Shown: positions 34,867-51,399 of the stretch, in pieces
How the letters are laid out: every line of letters begins with the position of its first letter
How positions within the stretch are numbered: the stretch's first letter is position 1
Assembly (NCBI RefSeq): GCF_009914755.1
Contig: NC_060932.1
Source of the DNA: the human T2T-CHM13v2.0 reference genome, Homo sapiens
DNA length: 64,000 nt
Reading direction: 5' to 3' (one strand)
Made by a program: the position numbers and the translations under genes
The notes under the pieces: generated by a model
The model's input: the letters and a program-made list of their open reading frames with translations, nothing else
Database searches by the model: none
Told to the model about the DNA's origin: nothing

Positions 34867-37129
34867 ATAGGATCATGGTTTCAAGCTAATGAGAAGGTGA
34901 GGGCACACAGCTGTTCAGAGAAGGAACACACAGCTTTTCATGCACCGACTCCGCCTTTAACTTCCCCCCTGAAGTCAAGCTGCCCGCCTGTGAGTGGCCA
35001 CCATGGTCACCTGTGGTCTCCCGCAGCCAGAGGCTTATCGACAAGCTGCAGCAGCAGCAAGTTCCCATGAAGGAGCCTGAGACTGCCCAGCCCAGCCTGC
35101 CTGGAACGGTGGCCACATGGTGCAGCCTTGGAAGTGGGGGCGGCCACGATGACCCTGGGAAGGGCTCAGCCAGCTGCACGTCAGTCAGCTCTGTGGTTCC
35201 TTCCCGGCACAGGCTTCCCAAAGGAAGGGACAGCTATGTGGGGACGGGCCGCAGGCAGCCAGCACAGGAAGAGAGGCCACAGGCACCAAGGCCTTGCCGT
35301 AGAGGAAACAAGTCCAGGCAACCCCCAAGAAGGTGGAGGTGGCTGCAGCCGGGAGGGGGGCGCCTGGAGACGGGGCTACAGCCGGGGATTTCAACAGGAC
35401 AGGCAGGTCCCAGGCTGGCAGCGAAGGGCCCACGAGCAAGAGATTTAGGCAGCGGGGAGGAAAGGGAGCTGGGGTAGAGGAAGCTGGGCGCCCTGGTGAC
35501 GCAGCTCTGGAGCGTGGGAAGCAAAGCCCCGGCCACTGCCCAGGAGATCTCATCGCTCTGGCCCCAATTCATGGATCACAAAGGAGTCTTGCCGAAGAAG
35601 CACGCGGGTCTGTGTGTCCAGGCCAGTGAACTGCAGGGACCCCCAGGCTGCAGTCGGGCTCACCAGCACCAGTGCCTCCGGAAAACCCCTACCTCTAGCT
35701 TCTGCTTTGCTGGTCGAACCCAGCATGGCCCCCATGCCCAGCTGGGGTGCCATCAGGTCTCCTGGCCAGGTCTCACACCCTGGGCAAAGCCAAATCCTCA
35801 TGAAGCTCTCTGCAAATTCCCCACACCACTGGGGACCCCAGAACCAAGGTTGAGCCCAGGCACCACAGATAAGCCCTCCCTCCTTCCCAACCCCTCTGTC
35901 TGGGCACAGAGCAACCTCCTCTTCACCAGTCCCCAGGCCCTGGCTGCCCTGGCCACAGGCCCAGGCCAAAGAAGGGGCTCCAACCCTGTCCCCCACACCA
36001 CACCTGCGAATGGGATGGGCCCTCCCCTGAGGCCCTGCCCACCACCACCCTGCCTGCCCTCAGCTTTGCTCCCTGCCCCATCTTCACGCCCACCCACCCA
36101 CCCAGCCCCTAACCCCCTGGCAGCCTGCCCTGCTGGGGCTCTCTGGTGGTGGTGGAGCAGGCCAGTGGGCTGTGACCCAGTGACCCCATGCAGAGGCGAC
36201 CTGCGACAGGCAGACACCCTGCTGGCAGATACCTCCACCTGGGGCCCCCGACAATAGCCCCAGGGAGACCAGGCCCAGTGAAATCCTGCCAGATACATCC
36301 AGCACACACTCAGCCCTCCGGAGGCACAGACCCCTGCTCTGCTCCCCGCCTGAGCCTGCGGCAGGTCCACAGGAGCCACCTCACCTGCCCCAGGCTTCTG
36401 CCTCGCAGCCTTGGCCCAACAACAGCCCGGCCTCTGCGGATGCTGCGGGACAGGTGGGAGGAGAGCCTTCCATGCTCTGGAGGCCACCCCTGCGCAGGGT
36501 GGGGCTCAGTGCGAGCTCAGTCGGGCCAGCCAGCCTGCAGGATTTCTGGGGTGGAGGGCCACCACTGCGGGACTGGATGCCCACCAGGGCTGCTGGGAGT
36601 CCCAGTGAGGGCCCAGGAGGCACAGAGGTCATCTCTCCGAGCCACATCCTTCTCCTCTCTCCCCTGCAGCCCAGTACAAGAGTATCTCAATACCAGGTGT
36701 CTGCTAGAGACCAATTTGCGGGGAAGGTCCTGGGTCCCACCCACATGACCATCCATTAGGGGGCCCATCGTTCCCAAATATCTCTCAAACCTGTCCTGTG
36801 CCCACTGTCTCCACCACACCCTGGCCTGGCCACCACCCTTTCACCTCAAAGACAGTGGTAGCCTCCCTCGTTGCCCCTCACCTCCAAGCACTGGACAACA
36901 GCAGCCAGTGCTCTCCGAGCACAAGCAGGTCCCACCACAGCCCTGCCGCTGCCCTCTGGAGGCCCTCCTCACGCAGGCACCTGCTCTGCTGCAGCAGGGT
37001 GGACCTCGCCAGGCCTCTGTGGAGAGGCTTCTCACCTGATCCATGGTGGCTCCCCCTTCCCTCCCTCTCAGCCCTCCAACACCGAGACACCTGTGGGCCC
37101 CTGGGGCGGCTGCCTCACCCAGCACCAGA

Positions 37130-37700
37130 CACGAAGGTGTCACCACAGGAAACATGGAGCAAGAGAAGAAATGAATTCCTGGAGTTCAGGGATAATGCAC
37201 TTTCCCAGAACTCTGTTAATATCGTTGACTTCACTAGCAGATTAAAGGAGAAAACCGGTATATTGATCTAGAAAATCTCGACAGCTCATTTGATAAAAAC
37301 CAGTATTTATAACAAGGAATGAGCTTACATCGTTAACATGCAAATAAATGACCCTTGTAGCACAGCGGGGCACCCTCCCAGTGTGAGGCGAGGCTGCTGA
37401 GGGGAGGGCGTGTGAGGGTGAATGCGGACGGTGCAGGCGCAGCTCTCGGTCCAGCGCCAGGACATGGGACAGCATTTACCCAAGTCAGCACTGCTCCTCT
37501 TGGCACCTGAAACAACTCAACTCACCATTTACTGGAGCTCAGAGAAAGTTCATTGAGAGGCTGGCTTCAAACGCAGTTAAAAGACCCGAGAGATTTCTTT
37601 AGGCCAGTAATAACAAGTTAGGAAAATACAGCAGGAAAAACTCTTCATCAGCACAAAACGTGCTGGAATAAGATAACTGACGATCGGTCAGAGCTGATGC
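37130..37700 (+). mobile_element. Ancient L1 ORF2 remnant (approximate)
   Basis: A-rich patches resembling L1M ORF2 (e.g. gcatttgataaaa-like, aaaggagaaaa); highly decayed. Confidence 0.45.
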
Positions 37701-38003
37701 AGGGAACGCCCCGGCTCCAGGATGGCTCCAGGACCAGGCTCGGGGTCCGGGATGCAGAGGCCCAGGTGGCAGATGCCGCGCTAACCTGACGCGGCCGCAG
37801 TTCTGCTCACCCTCCCGCTGGCTCTGCCAGGAGACTCCTTACACAAGTTCCCATCAGACAGCGAGGCCATGTGACTTGTCTGAAGCTCCAACACCGGGTG
37901 CTGGGCAGGTGGGAGGAGTCGGCCCACTTGGGCACTGCTGGAGGGACGACGACTGCAGTACCTAGCCAGCAACTTAGAAATTGTTTAAAAATTGTGTCTG
38001 AAA

Positions 38004-38921
<918 letters not shown>

Positions 38922-39480
38922 TTATAACAGTTTACATTCTTCCCTTCACTAAACTTTAAAAATCAAAATCGTGTTGGAATAGAAAATATTCACGTGACTC
39001 AAACACTGAGAGTAGACAGAGAAGTCTTGCTCCCCTCCCTTCTCCCTGTCTCCCCCCACCCACACACACAGTGTGAAAATCACTGTTAGTGGCTTCCTGT
39101 TTGTTTCTCCAGAATTTCTTTACAGAAAATCAAGCAAATACCATGTGATTCTTGGTTTTCTTCCTTTTAACACAAACGGTGAAATCTTCCGGGCACCATT
39201 CTGCCCCTGCTTTCCCACCCACCCCACAGCTGGAGGCCTCCCGCTCTGCACGGGGACCGTGACCCACGTCTGGCCATGCAGAGCGGCACGTGTGGGCCCA
39301 GCCTCTGAGCGCACTCAGGCCAGTGACCATCGTCTGCTCGGACACACACTGCGCGTTTGTGGCTCTGACAGACGCTTTCTCTGGCCTGGTTCCCACAGCT
39401 TCAGCAACAGAACCTAGAAATCCAGATTTTTGATTTTTGCCAATACGATAGGTAAAAAACAGTATCTTGATGTAAATTAA

Positions 39481-39810
<330 letters not shown>

Positions 39811-40112
39811 AGAAATTCCCTTTTTAACAACAGTCATAGAGATGCACAATGACCCAGCTACAACACTGTTCACTGCAGTCATTTCTAATACAAAAATCCA
39901 AAATTAAACTCCGTGTCCTAGGAGAAAGGATTGATTGGTTAAATATGATATGGTTTCCATACAGGGGAATGCTGTATTGTAAATTAATGTCACAGAGAGA
40001 TGCCCAAGCTGTATCACTAAGTAAAAGAAGTTACTTATGTCTAAAATACTTCATAACATTAAATCATGAAATTACAGATAAATTAACACACACTAAAGAA
40101 CACTGTGCATGC

Positions 40113-40267
40113 TTTTTTATTTTTTTATTCTTTTTGAGACAGGGTCTTGCTCTTGTAGCCCAGGTTCACTGCAGTGTTGACATTCTGGGCTCAAGAGATC
40201 CTCCCACCTCAGGCTCCCAAAGTGCTGGGATTACAGGCATGTGCCACCTGTAATCACGTGCCCAGCC
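40113..40267 (-). mobile_element. Partial Alu (deleted AluJ / monomer-like)
   Basis: ttttgagacagggtcttgc...cccaaagtgctgggattacagg. Confidence 0.8.
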
Positions 40268-40344
40268 CACTGTGCACGCTTTTTAAAACAATGACTATGG
40301 AACAAAAATGTGTAAGTTCTACATTAACCAACTACTGCAGGATG

Positions 40345-42967
40345 GCTGGGTAGGTCCAATGGTGGCCACAAAAAAATCTATGTCCATGTCCCTGGAGCTC
40401 ATAAATGTGGCCTTATTTGTAAACAGGGTCTCTGCAGATATAATTAAATAAAGGATCTTGAGATGAGATCATCTTGGATTACCTGGATGGGCCCTAGATC
40501 CAAAAGCAAGTGTCCTTAGACGAGGAGAGACACAGAGGCAGGGATTGGCATGATGCAGCCACAAGCCAAGGGGCAGTGGAGTTGGAAGAGGCAGGCGGCT
40601 ATTCCTAGGCTCTTCCCGGGTGCCTTCGGAGAAAGCGTGGACCTGCCGACACCGGATTTTTAACTTCTGGCCTCCGGAACAATCAAAAGATAAATTTCTA
40701 TTGTTTTAGGGCGCCCTGCCTGTGGCTCTTCCCTGTGGGAATCAAAGGAAATCAATACAGACAGCGAGCAGGAGCAGGGTGCCTCTGTGACGAATATCTG
40801 AAAATGTGGATGTGGCTTTGCAATTGGGTAATAAACAGAAGCTGGGACATCTTGAGGCACACAGTAGAAAAAGCCTAGCCTGTCTGACCAGACGGTTGGT
40901 AGAAATATGGGTATTAAAGGTGCTTGTGGTGAAGCCTTAGAAGGCAACGAGGAAAGTGGAGGAAAGGTGCTTCTCACATTGAAGCGAAACTTCGCCGAAC
41001 TGTGTTCACTGTCGGGTGCTCAACAGAACTTGTAAGCAATGAACTTGGATATTTAGCTGAAAAGATTTCCAAGCAAAGTGTGGAAGGTGTGGCTTGGCTG
41101 CTTCTTGCTGCTTATGGTAAAGTACAGGAAGAAAGAGATAAATTGAGGAAGGAACTATTAAGCAAAAAGGAAACAGCATGGGTGATTTGGGATATCTGCA
41201 GCCTATTTAGATTGCAAAAGATGCTCATGTTGGGAGGTTCACTGTTAGGAAAGTGTGTTCTGCAGAGAAAGCCATCTCTGCAGAGATGAGGTATGTGACT
41301 CATGGGTCCATTCACTCATCTCAACAGAAGCCAGGAATAGAGACAAGATTATCCAGGGAGGATCCGAGTGAACCCTTCTCTCTAATGGCCTGGCTCCCTG
41401 TGACATACAGGGGAGACCCAGAAGGTTTATGAGAATGTTTTACCAGCAGAAACACTGCCTGCTTGGATTGATGGGAACAGAGACAGGATGAAATGAAGGA
41501 AGGTATTGGGCTTCTGAGAGTCTACAGGCAAGAAACAGGATGACAGACCCAGGCAGCTGCAAACATGTGCTACCCTTTGAGAAAAAGGAAGAATGACTCC
41601 AAGGTCAGGGCCTTAGGCCTAGAGGCAGAGGCTGGCAGAGGTGCAGGTGCAGAGGGTGGGGCACTGAGCCACAGAAGAGCATTCACGGGCCTTGAAACCC
41701 CACGGAATTTGCCCTGCTGGATTTCAGACTTGCTTGGGACTGGCAACCCCTTTATTCCTTTATATTTCTCCCTTTGGGAATGGTGATGTCTAGTCTATGC
41801 CTAGCCCAACATTGCAGTTTGGAGGCATAAAACTTGCTTTCTAGTTTTACAAGTAAAAAGATGGAGAAAAATTTTGCCCCCATCTGGATCCTACCCAGAG
41901 CCTCACCAACACCTGATTTAGACACAACTTCGATGATCAGATTTGGGACTTCTGAGCTGATTAAATGTTGTTCTTGTTTTTTTCAAGATGGGGTCTCATT
42001 CTGTCACCTGGGTTCAGCCTCCAGGGTTAAGCAATCCTCCTACCTCCACCTCCTGAGCAGCTGGGACTACAGCCATGTGCCACCACACCTGGCTAATTTT
42101 TTTTTTTTTTTTTTTTTTGAGATGGAGTCTTGCTCTGTCACCCAGGCTGGAGTGCATTGGTGCAGTCTCGGCCCACTGAAACCTCTGCCTCTCGGGTTCA
42201 AGCAAGTCTCGTGCCTCATACACCTGAGTAGCTGGGATTATTGGTGTGTACTACCATGACTGGCTGATTTTTGTATTTTTAGTAGAGACAAGGCTTCACC
42301 ATGTTGGCCAGGCTGGTCTCCTGATCTCAGGTGATCCACCCACAGGCCTCCCAAAGTGCTGGGATTACAGGCGTGAGCCACTGTGCCTGGCTAAGCGGAT
42401 GGAATTTTAGACTTAGAGCTGATGCTACAATAGGTTGAGACTTTGGGGCATGTTGGCATAAGAAACATTTATTTTGGAAGTGGGGCAGATGTAAGTTTTG
42501 AGGGACCAGAGGACAGACTGTAGTGGGTTGAATGGAGGTCCCCAAAAGATATGTCTATGAACAATTCCCTGGAACCCATAATTGGTATCTTATTTGGAAA
42601 AAGGGTCTTTGCAGGTGTAATTAACACAAGGATCTTGAGATGAGATCATCCTAGATTACCCAGTAGGGGGCCTAGAACCAATGCCAAGTGTCTTACAAGA
42701 GATGGAAGAGAAGCCACAGGGGAGAGGGCCACGGGAGGATGGAGGCCGACACTGGAGTGATGCGGCCACGAGCCCAGGCACCGATGGCCACCAGGAGCTG
42801 GAGAGGCCAGGAACAGAGTCCGCCCTGGAGCCTCCGAAGGAGCGTGGCCCTGTCAACATCTTGATTTTGGACATGTGGCCTCCAGAACCGTAAGAGAATA
42901 CATTTCTGTTGTTTAAGGCCACCCAGTTTGTGGGTACGTGTGACAGCAGCCACAGGAACCTAAAACA
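40345..42967 (+). mobile_element. ERVL-MaLR (MLT1-type) element: 5' LTR ~40345-40759, internal region, 3' LTR 42519-42967
   Basis: Two similar LTRs (shared aaggatcttgagatgagatcatc; ends aataca/aaaaca); internal peptide LGYLAEKISKQ resembles MaLR-int; purine tract before the 3' LTR. Confidence 0.82.
41975..42392 (-). mobile_element. Composite Alu insertion within the MaLR internal region
   Basis: Alu fragment, then poly-T, then a second Alu. Confidence 0.85.
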
Positions 42968-44910
42968 GGGCACATTCTCTGGGGGTATCTGTATTCTGTA
43001 AACAACCATGCATTCTTGTGGCAGTCATGACAGTGGCGTCCAGCTGTGTCTCTTAGGCCTATCCTGTGCCTGCTCTGTTAGCTTCCCAGGTAGCCACTCG
43101 TTTAGCAAGAAAGAAGAGAAAGAGATGCACTTTCAAAAGGTCAAAAGACACATTCATTTGAAAAACAGAGCAGAATAAAAATCATAAAAGCCACAACCAG
43201 AGACCTTTACTGCAGCTACCTCCTTCTGCTCCTGCAGACCCACACTTCCAGCCCTGACCAGCCCCACTCCCCCAACCAACCCCCACCCCCCCGCCCACCC
43301 TGGTGTGCCCCTGTGGATGGCCTTCCCCACCCTCACCGTCCCACTTGGCCCCAGCCCACCTGACACACCAGCCTGCCCAAGAGCACCCAGACTCACACCA
43401 GCCACCCTGATGCCGTCCTGGGGCCTTCCTTTCCTGCAGCACTGGCCCTGGGTCTGCCGCTACTCCTGGAGCCACACAGGGACACAAAGTGATCCCCATC
43501 CCATTCCTGGTCCTGGGTCTCCTCTGCCTCCAGGAAGAAGCAGCAACAGTCCTGCCAAGAGCTGACCACCAGCTGGGAGGACTCTTCTGCAGCTAACCAG
43601 GACCCAAATCCTGGAGAGCAGGCCCCACAGGCTGATGTCCCAAGTCCTACAGGATCCTGTCTTCCCAGCTGGCACCCTCCTTCCACCGTCTGAACGCGTG
43701 TTCCCAACTCCCCTTCCACTGGGCCTACAGATGACCCGGCCCATGCCCCATTTTGGGTCCCTGACCTCATGACCCACGGCCCCTGCTCTCCCAGCCCCGC
43801 ATCTCCCTACCCACTGTGGGTCTGTGGGCATCACCCATGACCCCAGCGGTGGGAGATCTGGGCACCTGGTCCCACTAGCATCGCCCTTCCCAGCCTCCTC
43901 CAGTCCCTTCTTGAGGTACCTGGCCCCTGGCCCCTCTGCTGCCAGCTCCTCTTGGGCCTCACTGGGGAAACTGAGGCCACAGGGCACCACTGCCCACACC
44001 CTCCCAACAGCCCAACCCTGGGAAAATCTCCAGGGCCCTCAGTGGTGAGCAGCAGTCTGGACTGGCCACTGATGATGTGTGGCTGGGTAAATGTGAGCGA
44101 CCACTCAGTACTCACCCTGGGCCAGGTGATGCCCATGCCCCCTGTGACCATGCAGGTCCCTCAGGCCAAGGCCCAGGGAACTCCTTCCCCAGGGAACTCG
44201 GGCCAGCATCCAGCTGAGGCTGTGACCTGCTGCGGCCTAGCCTCCATGTCACCGCTCTGTCCTGGAGAGGGTTCTCCCTCCCTGCCACCCTGCTGGACCC
44301 ACCATAGCCTGGCACCAGCAGGGCCTCCTGAGCACTTCCCACATGCCCCCTGGCACCTCCAATCCGACGACACCCCAAGCAGTCCCGCTGAGGTCCCAAC
44401 ACCCCTCATCACCTGGTCCCAGCACCATCCAGGCCTCACCCTGCTCCCAACGTGGCCCTGCTTCCTCACGCCCCTTCCTCCTTCGCAGACCCAACAGGCC
44501 CCCATGGCTGCACAGCTGCCCACTGCTCTGCTTCCCGGCTGCCTCTTCTCATAGGCACCTAAGCTCTGGAGGACCCCAGGCTCAGAGCTCTGGCCCGAGG
44601 CCTGCCCTAGTGATGGCCTCCCAGCCTGGCCTCCCCACCTCAGCCCAGCATTTCCTGCACCTCAGTGTCTGCACACGCATACCTATCTCACAGGCATCTC
44701 TGATTTTATGCACCCAAGGCTAAGCGCTGGCTCTTCCGCCCTCTCTGCCGCAGGCACATCCTCTCCACCCCAGGCTGCTCTCTACCTCCACAGCCACCAC
44801 GGGGGACTCCTCAGCCGCTCCTTGGGAGGCACCAGGCCAGGATCTTGCAGGGGTCCAGCCAGCTCCAAGTCCACCTATCCCTCCCACCCAACGCTTGTTT
44901 CAAGCCACAC

Positions 44911-45071
44911 CTGCCACAGGACAGGGCGGGGCTCGGCTGGGGGGGTACAAAAGTGAAGCAACACATAGTCCCCGCGTCAGGAAGCTGGATTCTGCCACAG
45001 GACAGGGCAGGGCTCGGCTCGGGGGCACAGAAGTGAAGCAATACACAGCCCCTGCGTCAGGAAGCCGGATT
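44911..45071. repeat. 81-bp tandem duplication
   Basis: ctgccacaggacaggg at 44911 and 44992. Confidence 0.88.
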
Positions 45072-45369
45072 GGTGGAAGGGGAGATGTTTACAATCATCC
45101 CTGTAACCCACAAGCCCACGGCCAGACCCTATGAGCGTGACACCAAGCATGACATCGAGCCTCCTTGAACATCTCGACCTCAGCCCCAAGCAAATTCCAC
45201 AAAGATTAACGACAGAGATGTTTAAAAAAATGCAGCAGTGCTGGAAGCAACTCTCAGCAGATGTTTTTCTAAAAGAAGGCCATTTTAAGCATAGCATAAA
45301 ATCCAGAAATCATAAAAGACTGGTGAGTGTTAAAAATTGATATGGCTAAAGAAACCACAGACAGAATTA

Positions 45370-45928
<559 letters not shown>

Positions 45929-46045
45929 CCAGGCATGGCAGCAGCTCACACCTGTAATCCCAGTACTTTGGGAGGCCAAGGCAGGAGGATCCCTTGATTC
46001 CATTTCCATGTGAGCACAGGAGTTTAAGACCAGCCTGGCCAACAA
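45929..46045 (+). mobile_element. Alu left-monomer fragment
   Basis: cctgtaatcccagtactttgggagg...accagcctggccaaca. Confidence 0.8.
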
Positions 46046-46137
46046 TGCTTGTGAATAGGCAGTTCACAAAAGAAAAGGTGCAAATAGTCAACAACTCTAG
46101 GAGATGTGCTCAGCTTAATTAATAATCAAAGAATTCA

Positions 46138-47567
<1,430 letters not shown>

Positions 47568-47569
47568 CA

Positions 47570-47919
47570 TTCCTGTCTGCCTGAGCCCCTCAGCCCCCCC
47601 ATTCTCCCTGTCCCCCATCCAGGGCAGATTCCTCTGGGGCTGAGGCTACTGCAGCCTGTGGCAGGAGAGCTCTGGGCACCCTATGGGAGAGGCCTCCGTG
47701 CTGAGGGCTGTGGGCTGGTGACTTAGACAGTCGGCCCAGCTGCCAAGAGGTGTCCAGTCGCCCAGCCCCCCAAGCCTGGCCTGTGACAGCTCATAGAGGC
47801 TGGGCCGTCCTGCCACACCATGGGAGCCTGGAGAGAGACCTGGGGTGGGTGTGGCAGGGCGGGGACAGTTCTAGGAGAGAGTTGTGGCAATGCAGGTGAG
47901 TGGAGGTGAGGCGGTCAGT
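47570..47919 (+). repeat. Left arm of a 350-bp inverted repeat
   Basis: Reverse complement of 48976-49325; 6 mismatches and no indels by manual alignment. Confidence 0.97.
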
Positions 47920-48811
47920 GAAGAAAGAAAGAGCGGCCCAGCAGCAGTCCAGCGTTGTGGGCAGGGGCCTGTCCTGGGGGTCAGGGCATGAGTGCAGGCC
48001 GGGGAGTGGGGAGTGGGGCCAGCCGGGGGCCTGGGCAGCTGGGGATAGAGACTTTAGGTTGTCATGTTAGGGATGGGAGTGGGGCTTAGGGGTGCTGTGA
48101 GGTGGTCCTGGAGAGGGCAGCAGGGGTGAGAATGAGGCCGGGGTGAGTACCGTTGGTGAGTGGGTGGCGTTGGTGTGGGGCAGGGGCCAGGGGTGGGAGG
48201 CCTGCATTGGTCTGGGGGAAAAGCGGGCCTGGAGAGGGGCTGGGTGTGTTGGGTCTCCACAGGGCGTGTGCCCAGCCTGTGGCCTGCACTCTCTTCAGGA
48301 CCCCTTGCCAGCCCTGGGCCTGCCCAGTGCCACTGTGCCTGGCCCCCTCCTCATGTGTCCCCTACTCTCCCCTGTCCTGGACTCTGAGCTTGGTTATCTG
48401 TGTCCCTGGCACTGGCCCCAGGCCCTCAGCCAGCACTGCAGGGTGTTTGCACGGGTGAGTGGGTGATGGCGTAGGGCGTCATCTGCAGTGGTTGGTGCTC
48501 AGCTGGCAGAGGGCAGGCTGGAGGTTATTTGGGGCTCACTGGAGAGGAATTTTGGTCGGTGTTTACTGTCAAAAGTAAAACGCTCCAAAAAAAAAAAAAA
48601 TCAAGCAGGGTGGAAGTATACAAAGAAAAACGGGGAGAGTCACACCTCTGGGTTCAGGCTCCCGGCTGGGGCGATCGCTGTGCATGAGAGAGGGCGGGAG
48701 AGAGCACACGGATTTGGCCGCCCCTTTACAGGGAGCTCAGACTGAGATTTCCTCTGGAGCCACTGGCTTTTCATGTCAGTACCAATTAGGTTGACCTCAT
48801 GCTGATTATTA

Positions 48812-48975
48812 GTATTTTTTAATAGCTTTATTGAGAGGTAATTCACATGCCACACCATTCACCCATTCAAAGCGTCCAATTCAGTGGTTTCAGTAGATTC
48901 GGAGTTGTGTAGCTGTCAATTCCAGGATATTTTCTCACCCAGCCCCTGGCAACACCGCTCTCTTTTCAGTTATGG
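48812..48975 (-). mobile_element. L1 3' terminus (L1MB-like), inverted relative to the L1 body at 46452-47567
   Basis: Minus strand reads ...gttgccaggggctggg...aaccactgaattg...gtgaattacctctcaataaagc. Confidence 0.8.
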
Positions 48976-49325
48976 ACTGGCCGCCTCACCTCCACTCACC
49001 TGCATTGCCACAACTCTCTCCTAGAACTGTCCCCGCCCTGCCACACCCACCCCAGGTCTCTCTCCAGGCTCCCATGGTGCGGCAGAACGGCCCAGCCTCT
49101 ATGAGCTGTCACAGGCCAGGCTTGGGGCGCTGGGCGACTGGACACCTCTTGGCAGCTGGGCCGACTGTCTAAGTCACCAGCCCACAGCCCTCAGCACGGA
49201 GGCCTCTCCCACAGGGTGCCCAGAGCTCTCCCGCCACAGGCTGCAGTAGCCTCAGCCCCAGAGGAATCTGCCCTGGATGGGGGACAGGGAGAATGGGGGG
49301 GCTGAGGGGCTCAGGCAGACAGGAA
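48976..49325 (-). repeat. Right arm of the 350-bp inverted repeat
   Basis: Reverse complement of 47570-47919. Confidence 0.97.
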
Positions 49326-51399
49326 GTTGGCGATGTTCCAAGCGGAGCAGTGGCCGCCTGACTGTACAGGGAAGACCGGGGATTTCCAGGGGAGAGCCAG
49401 GGAATGACGTGTCCAGGGGAGGGTCTGAGACGTTGTGGGGTGGGGGGTGAAGGTCACCGGAGTGAGGGTCAGACAGGGAGTTGTCTGTGAGAGGGCACAG
49501 TGAGGTGGAACCGAGGCAATGCCACAGAGGGGAGGAGGCCAGGAGGCCTAAGCCAGAGCACCTCCTCAGTGCAGGGATCAGCTGGGCAGGGGGCACAGGC
49601 CTGGCCTCCCTGCCCTCCTCAGAACCACCAAATGCTGAGCTGGGCCCAGGACAGGGGCCCGCAGCTGCTTACCATGGAGGGATTTGGGGCTGCCTTGCCG
49701 TCACTGGCTGGCTGGCAAGGGGTGCCATGCCCTCCCACAGTCCCTCCACCCCAGGGACAGGAAGGGCCGGGGCTCCAGCCCTCTAGCAGGTCCAAGGGGC
49801 TCACAGAGGTCAGGCCTGGAAAGGTGTAGGGCACAGGGGCCACCTCTGACCTCCTGCAGGCCCTCCTCAGCCTTGGTCCGTGGCTCCCAGACACAGGTAC
49901 CAGCCCAGCCCCTCCCGTCCCCTTGTCTCAAGCCAGGAGCTAAGGAGACTTGGGGTACCTGGTGTGCTCACGGAGCCTCAGCACCTGCCTTGCTGTTTAG
50001 CCACTCTCAGGCCAGTGCCACACACATGCGGGCAGCTGCACCATCACGTGACAACTCCACTTCAGGCAAGCCCCCCGGCCCCCCTGCCCCCTCACCAGCC
50101 TCCACCACCAAGCCCAGAAGGCAGACAATGGGCCAAGACTGCGAGTGTGCCCAACACCAATCCTGGCCTCCAGAGGAGCTGCGCTTGGGAGGGAGGACCC
50201 TGACAGAGGGTCCCAGCAACCTCCAGGGATCTGTCTGGCTCACCCCTGGATGAATCAGAAGTAGTTCCCACCCCAGGAGGTAGAGGAAAGACAGCCCTGG
50301 GGCCAGGAAAGCCTCAGCACAATGCCCAGAACAGGCTGGGGCACCCCAGGCAGCCCAGCAACCTGACCAGATGAAGAACTCCAGGAGGAAACGATCCTGC
50401 ACAGTTCCCGCACTTTGAACAGAGTGGTCAGCTCAGAAACAGCTCTGTCCTGGGGCTTGCCAGGAGGGCTGGAGCCCAGGTGGGCGGCTGCTTCCCTGCC
50501 CTATACCCCAGCACCCCTCCGGGTGCTCCCTCTAAGGCAGGGCCGGCCATGTAGAGCATGAGCAACAGGCTGCCCGCTCCAGGCCTCCCCAAGGGTGCAG
50601 GAGTGTCTCCCCTGGCCCGAATGAACTAGTCACACAGGCAAAGCGGCTGGGCACAGCACTGTCAAAGAGAGCCACAGCAGTACATCCACCCTGCCCCAGA
50701 GCCGTCGCTGGAGGACGCCTGAAGGAGATGAGTTCGGGGCACCATGAAACCTACCCAGCTGGGCAAGGTTGTGGTGGAGAGCGGCACCACGGGGCCCCAG
50801 CAGGACCTCTCTCCCTGAGCTGCCCTTGGGGGCAGAGCCAGCAAAACCAGCCACGTGGAGCTGGAGTCTGCTCTGATCGGCTCTGCCTGGGGGCCCCCAC
50901 CGCGACCCTCCCCAGCAGCTCAGTCCCTTGCTCCTAAGCCTCTGCAGGCCGGCAGCCAATGCTGTGTCCACAACCGCCTGGAGCCGGGCGACCCAGGCTG
51001 AGCCAGGCAGCTGGGCTGCAAGAATGGCCGGTGGGACCAGGACCTGGGAGGGTCCAGGGGCTCCCCGTGGGCGTGGACTAGGGCAAGGGGGTCTGCCGAG
51101 GCATCAAGCAGGTGGGCAGGCCACTCTGATGCTCCCCTAGAGAGGAAGGAGGGGCCACCCTGACCCCTAGCCCACAGCTGTCCCCTAGTGAACAGAGAAG
51201 GGGTGTGGGGGGGGTGCCCTGCCAAGGAAGGGTGGCAGCCCAGGCCCTCGCCAGTTTAGGGAGGTGAGGAGAGGCGGCAACTATGTGACCCATTGCCAGG
51301 CGGCGGAGCTGCCCCTGTTCCATGCAGACGCGCCCCAGAGGTGGGGCAGGGGATGGCTCAGCCTTGACCCATGTGTCTGCTGGCCACAGACACCGGATC

